This document shows positions 7,288-10,438 of a stretch of 10,438 nucleotides of DNA, in pieces. Under the pieces are notes generated by a model that had not been told where the DNA came from, did no database searches, and worked only from the letters and a program-made list of their open reading frames with translations. Source of the stretch: Fidelibacterota bacterium (GTDB lineage: Bacteria; Fidelibacterota; Marinisomatia; Marinisomatales; TCS56); NCBI GenBank assembly GCA_043822705.1, contig JBDRBK010000048.1, positions 1 to 10,438 of the forward strand, read 5' to 3'. Made by a program: the position numbers and the translations under genes. Every line of letters begins with the position of its first letter. Within the stretch, counting starts at the first letter, position 1.

Positions 7288-10074
7288 TTACTTCAGCAAG
7301 ACCATCCGCTTGGTGATCGTCTTTTCGTCGGTAACCAGCTGATACAGATAGACACCACTGGAAAGATTGCGACCATAGTTATCGCGGGCGTCCCAGATGA
7401 TATAGTTGGTACCGGCGGCGACATAATCGTTGACCAGTGTCCGGACCTGCTGGCCGACCATGTTGTACACAATGACCTTGACCGCGCCGGCTTGCGGCAT
7501 GTCAAAGGCAATTGTCGTGGTTGGATTGAACGGATTGGGATAATTCTGGTGCAAAGCGTAGGTCTTGGGCAGCAAACCTTCGGTTCCGACGCCAACCTCG
7601 GGAATCTCTTCCGGCTCAGTTACAGTGAAGTTATCAAACATTACCGTATTGGCTGTTGAGTTATACACGTAGACTCCGGGGTAGCCTTCGGTCAGGAACG
7701 GTGCCTCGTCCTGCAAGGGACAGCCGGGCAGCAATTCGCCATCGACGAAGGCATAGAAATCGTTACCCACCACGGTAATCTTCAGGTTATGCCAGCCGGT
7801 TTCCAGGGCGGTGAAATCCACACCGGGATTCCAGGCTTTGCTGATATGCCAGGCGGCGCCATCGTACCCCTGCAGCTTCAACTGACCGTTGTCACTGCTG
7901 GAGGAATTCCGGTAAATGAAGCGGTAGTATGATAACGGCGAATGTTCAGTACGAATGGTGATACCAGCGTACAGCGGCGCGCTGGCGTCGGCGGGACCCA
8001 CCAGATAGATATCGGCGGAGATAGTGATATCACTGAATACTGCGTAATCCACATGGGCAATGCCGGTGTACCCTTGATCGGTGTAGGCAATCACATGGCT
8101 GCCCCAGGCCGAACCGGTGGAATCGACAATCGCCAGACTGCCGGCACCGGCGGTCTCGTTGATGGTCCATTTCAGGTCGAAAGTACCATCGGTGGCGGCT
8201 TCGACTATCGGCAGTTCGTAATCAGGAGTAAGATCAAGCTTAACGATCAAACCATTACCACCGACTGCCCAAAGATAATTATTTCTGAACACGCAGGCCT
8301 GTAAATTTTCAGCATATGGAAATAGATAGTCCTGGGTCCAACTCAGTCCAGCGTCTTTAGATTTCATCACAATACCATCTTCACCAACTGCATATACCAG
8401 GCTATCAGTAATAAATTCCACATCATAGAATTCGTCGGTTGCTGTTTCGGTATGGGTGTACACCGAATAGAGCGTATCATATTCGCTTATTGTGGTTCGA
8501 TAAATATTACCAACCGAGCCTACAATCATGACATCATTACGTACTTCGATATCACGAAAATTTCCGGCACCAAGGATTTTCTCGGTCAGGGTGGCTGTAG
8601 AGATTTCATAAATCCACCAATAACCGGAAACTGCAGCAAGTATTACCTTATCGCCTGAAAGCGCATAAATACTATAAATTGCCTTTACACCAAAATCCAG
8701 CAGTTCTGACCAGTTAGCACCACCATCATAGGAATAAGCAAATGCTCCTGAAGCACCGCCAATAAACAATGTATCGGCACCGATAATTGCCATTGAATTA
8801 ATGTTAACAGCATTAGTATAGAAGGAATTTTCAACCAGAGTCCAGTTGGTGCCACCATCGGTAGTTTTAAACACTTCACCGCCATTGCCAGCGGCATAGC
8901 CGATATTTTCATCGGCGAATTTGATCGCATAAAAAGATTCCACGGATCCGGTCAGAGTATTATCCGGATACGACCAGGTGGTTCCGCGATCAGTAGTAAC
9001 CGTCATCTCACCACCGAAAACGCCACCAACAATAATCTTATCATCCGATGGTGCCGCAAGACCCCATAGGCCAACGGCTGGCCAATCATTCATCGGTACC
9101 CAGTTTTCACCGCCATCGCTGGTTTTGAACCATTGGCCGTTATCGGCGGTAGCAAAACCAACATTGGCGTCAACAAAATACATATCATTGGTACCGTGCC
9201 CTTGACCATGAGGAGGTTTTACTGCCGTCCAATTGGTTCCACCATCCAATGTTTTTTCAATCATCCCATCCGTTCCGGCGGCGAAGAATGTATTAGCATC
9301 GAGTGCCTGCACTTCCGTTGTTCGTGGGAATCCATACTCGATCGACCCGGTAAGGGCATAATTCTGGCCGCCATCAGTCGAGAGGAATTTCATGTAATTA
9401 TAACCGCCAATCAAGAACGAACCTGTACCGGCTGCTGCAATAGAATAAATCCGGGCGGAGGCGATTCCCGGTGGCATTATTGAGGCAATTTCTACCTGTG
9501 TCCAGTTTACGCCACCATCAGCGGTGTAAAACGTTAAAGCCCCAATCGAATTATTGATAGCAACACCAACATCAGCAGTCGCAAAGGCAATATCATCCAG
9601 GTCTTTACCATTAAAATTTGCCGATTGATTCAGATAGAAATTGGCTCCGCCGTCATTTGTTTTGGCAAAATAACCCCCGGACCCACCGAAAAATACATTG
9701 TCGGCATCAAGGACCCACATGCTTTCCAGATTAATTTTAATCTGAGCAGTATCACCAATCATGCTCCAGTTATTACCACCGTCGGTTGTCTTGTAGACAT
9801 ACCCGGCTTTGGCATTGGCATAACCGACAGTTGCATTTGCAAAACGGACCTCATAGGCGTTAGTCAAAGTATCCAAGACAGTCCAGGTGTCGCCGGCATC
9901 GGTGGTTTTCCATAACTCGTCATCGCCTGTTAGTAAGAATCCCGTACTCGCATCAATAAATTCAATGCAGCTGGCACCAGGGTCATCCTGATACTTGACA
10001 ACTTCCCAATCCTGACCGACCGCAAAGGTCATCAGGAATACAAAAATATACAATCCTGTTATCCACTTTTTCAT
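7288..10074 (-). CDS. Secreted YCF48-like/BNR Asp-box beta-propeller protein with ConA/DUF1080-like beta-sandwich and FlgD-Ig/T9SS type-A-like C-terminal domain (928 aa)
   Basis: SD GAAGAGGT-agaa-ATG. Signal peptide ending FAVG|QDW. 11 clear T/S-x-D-G-G-x-x-W-type Asp boxes about 42 aa apart plus degenerate blades. About 200-aa beta-rich domain (DITISADIYL, AGITIR, YYRFIY, GWHNLKITVVGNDFYAFVDG, GYPGVY, VMFDNFTVT) at about 7615-8220. CTD YALHQNYPNPFNPTTTIAF...WDARDNYGRNLSSGVYLYQL...KRMVLLK at about 7288-7560. Confidence 0.92.
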   Translation of the reverse strand: MKKWITGLYIFVFLMTFAVGQDWEVVKYQDDPGASCIEFIDASTGFLLTGDDELWKTTDAGDTWTVLDTLTNAYEVRFANATVGYANAKAGYVYKTTDGGNNWSMIGDTAQIKINLESMWVLDADNVFFGGSGGYFAKTNDGGANFYLNQSANFNGKDLDDIAFATADVGVAINNSIGALTFYTADGGVNWTQVEIASIMPPGIASARIYSIAAAGTGSFLIGGYNYMKFLSTDGGQNYALTGSIEYGFPRTTEVQALDANTFFAAGTDGMIEKTLDGGTNWTAVKPPHGQGHGTNDMYFVDANVGFATADNGQWFKTSDGGENWVPMNDWPAVGLWGLAAPSDDKIIVGGVFGGEMTVTTDRGTTWSYPDNTLTGSVESFYAIKFADENIGYAAGNGGEVFKTTDGGTNWTLVENSFYTNAVNINSMAIIGADTLFIGGASGAFAYSYDGGANWSELLDFGVKAIYSIYALSGDKVILAAVSGYWWIYEISTATLTEKILGAGNFRDIEVRNDVMIVGSVGNIYRTTISEYDTLYSVYTHTETATDEFYDVEFITDSLVYAVGEDGIVMKSKDAGLSWTQDYLFPYAENLQACVFRNNYLWAVGGNGLIVKLDLTPDYELPIVEAATDGTFDLKWTINETAGAGSLAIVDSTGSAWGSHVIAYTDQGYTGIAHVDYAVFSDITISADIYLVGPADASAPLYAGITIRTEHSPLSYYRFIYRNSSSSDNGQLKLQGYDGAAWHISKAWNPGVDFTALETGWHNLKITVVGNDFYAFVDGELLPGCPLQDEAPFLTEGYPGVYVYNSTANTVMFDNFTVTEPEEIPEVGVGTEGLLPKTYALHQNYPNPFNPTTTIAFDMPQAGAVKVIVYNMVGQQVRTLVNDYVAAGTNYIIWDARDNYGRNLSSGVYLYQLVTDEKTITKRMVLLK
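8230..10010 (-). repeat. Protein-level Asp-box (BNR) repeat region, probably two 7-bladed propellers
   Basis: TTDAGDTW, TTDGGNNW, TNDGGANF, TADGGVNW, STDGGQNY, TLDGGTNW, TSDGGENW, TTDRGTTW, TTDGGTNW, SYDGGANW, two degenerate units (WIYEISTATL, YRTTISEYDT), SKDAGLSW, and a final blade WAVGGNGLIVK. Repeats are diverged at the DNA level. Confidence 0.85.
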
Positions 10075-10078
10075 TTCT

Positions 10079-10086
10079 ACCTCTTC
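10079..10086 (-). promoter_or_regulatory. Shine-Dalgarno site for the 928-aa gene
   Basis: Minus strand GAAGAGGT, 4 nt before the ATG at 10074. Confidence 0.75.
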
Positions 10087-10152
10087 TGTATGAAATACTG
10101 TTGAAGAATTCCGGCTGCTTACCGGGGCATCTGGCGATACCCGCGGTTGTGT

Positions 10153-10182
10153 AAATTAGGCTACATATGCTGCTATTGGCAA
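10153..10182 (-). promoter_or_regulatory. Candidate sigma70-type promoter for the 928-aa gene and downstream genes
   Basis: Minus strand TTGCCA (10182-10177), 18-nt spacer, TAATTT (10158-10153), within the 225-nt intergenic region. Found by eye only. Confidence 0.4.
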
Positions 10183-10299
10183 CAGAAAATCAGACAAACA
10201 TAATCAATCGGATTTTATCCATAACAATAAAACACCAGTTGCACAAATAGCGGTCTTCCGGCCAGGTATTACAACAATCAGGTCAACCGACAACAATAA

Positions 10300-10437
10300 T
10301 TATTTCAAATAAATCATTTTCCCATTGTACCGTTCCGATTCCGTGTCGATCTGGTAGAGATAAACACCAGAGCCGACGGGAATGCCCAACTGATCGGTCG
10401 CGTCCCATACTACCGATCGCAGGCCGGCGGGAACAGG
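10300..10437 (-). CDS. 3' end of a secreted protein with an FlgD-Ig/T9SS type-A-like C-terminal domain (partial; starts beyond the right edge)
   Basis: Translated by hand, not in the ORF track: PVPAGLRSVVWDATDQLGIPVGSGVYLYQIDTESERYNGKMIYLK*, stop TAA at 10302-10300. Aligns with the CTD of the neighbouring gene (VAAGTNYIIWDARDNYGRNLSSGVYLYQLVTDEKTITKRMVLLK). Confidence 0.9.
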   Translation of the reverse strand, partial: PVPAGLRSVVWDATDQLGIPVGSGVYLYQIDTESERYNGKMIYLK

Positions 10438-10438
10438 A

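Noticed and set aside
1397..9915. The remaining plus-strand ORFs (e.g. 6435-7172, 3706-4236, 2146-2658) and short out-of-frame minus-strand ORFs
   Set aside because: All lie essentially within long, motif-supported minus-strand genes and have no recognisable protein features; typical codon-bias shadows.
8230..10010. Photosystem II assembly factor Ycf48, sialidase or GH74 as a specific functional call
   Set aside because: Only the generic Asp-box repeat is shared. There is no photosynthetic context, no sialidase RIP motif is seen, and GH74 catalytic residues cannot be verified by eye.
1..10438. CRISPR array, DGR template/variable repeats, IS/transposase, tRNA/rRNA, riboswitch
   Set aside because: No regularly spaced DNA repeats, long near-identical duplications, RT/transposase motifs or recognisable structured-RNA signatures were seen. 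An Rfam scan of 1021-1236 and 10075-10299 would be the formal test.

Overview
All credible genes are on the minus strand. Reading right to left: (1) the last 45 codons of a secreted protein ending in an FlgD-Ig/T9SS type-A-like C-terminal domain (CTD), not in the ORF track; (2) a 928-aa secreted protein with about 14 Asp-box/BNR (YCF48-like) propeller blades, a ConA/DUF1080-like beta-sandwich and a CTD; (3) a 12-bp terminator-like hairpin directly before (4) a translationally coupled trio of TonB-dependent receptor, DUF4876-like lipoprotein and DUF6850-like outer-membrane beta-barrel; (5) a 185-aa membrane-anchored hypothetical protein; (6) a 340+-codon ORF running off the left edge, also not in the ORF track, that looks like a pro-domain-less gingipain-like (C25, clan CD) peptidase. 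The CTD style plus clear Shine-Dalgarno sites suggests a non-Bacteroidota FCB-group bacterium (e.g. Marinimicrobia/KSB1/Calditrichota-like; inference). The best candidate for an undescribed system is a SusD-less, two-barrel outer-membrane capture/import module flanked by a secreted propeller protein and a peptidase-like protein. No RNA genes, CRISPR arrays or mobile elements were seen. Family assignments come from motif recognition, not database searches.
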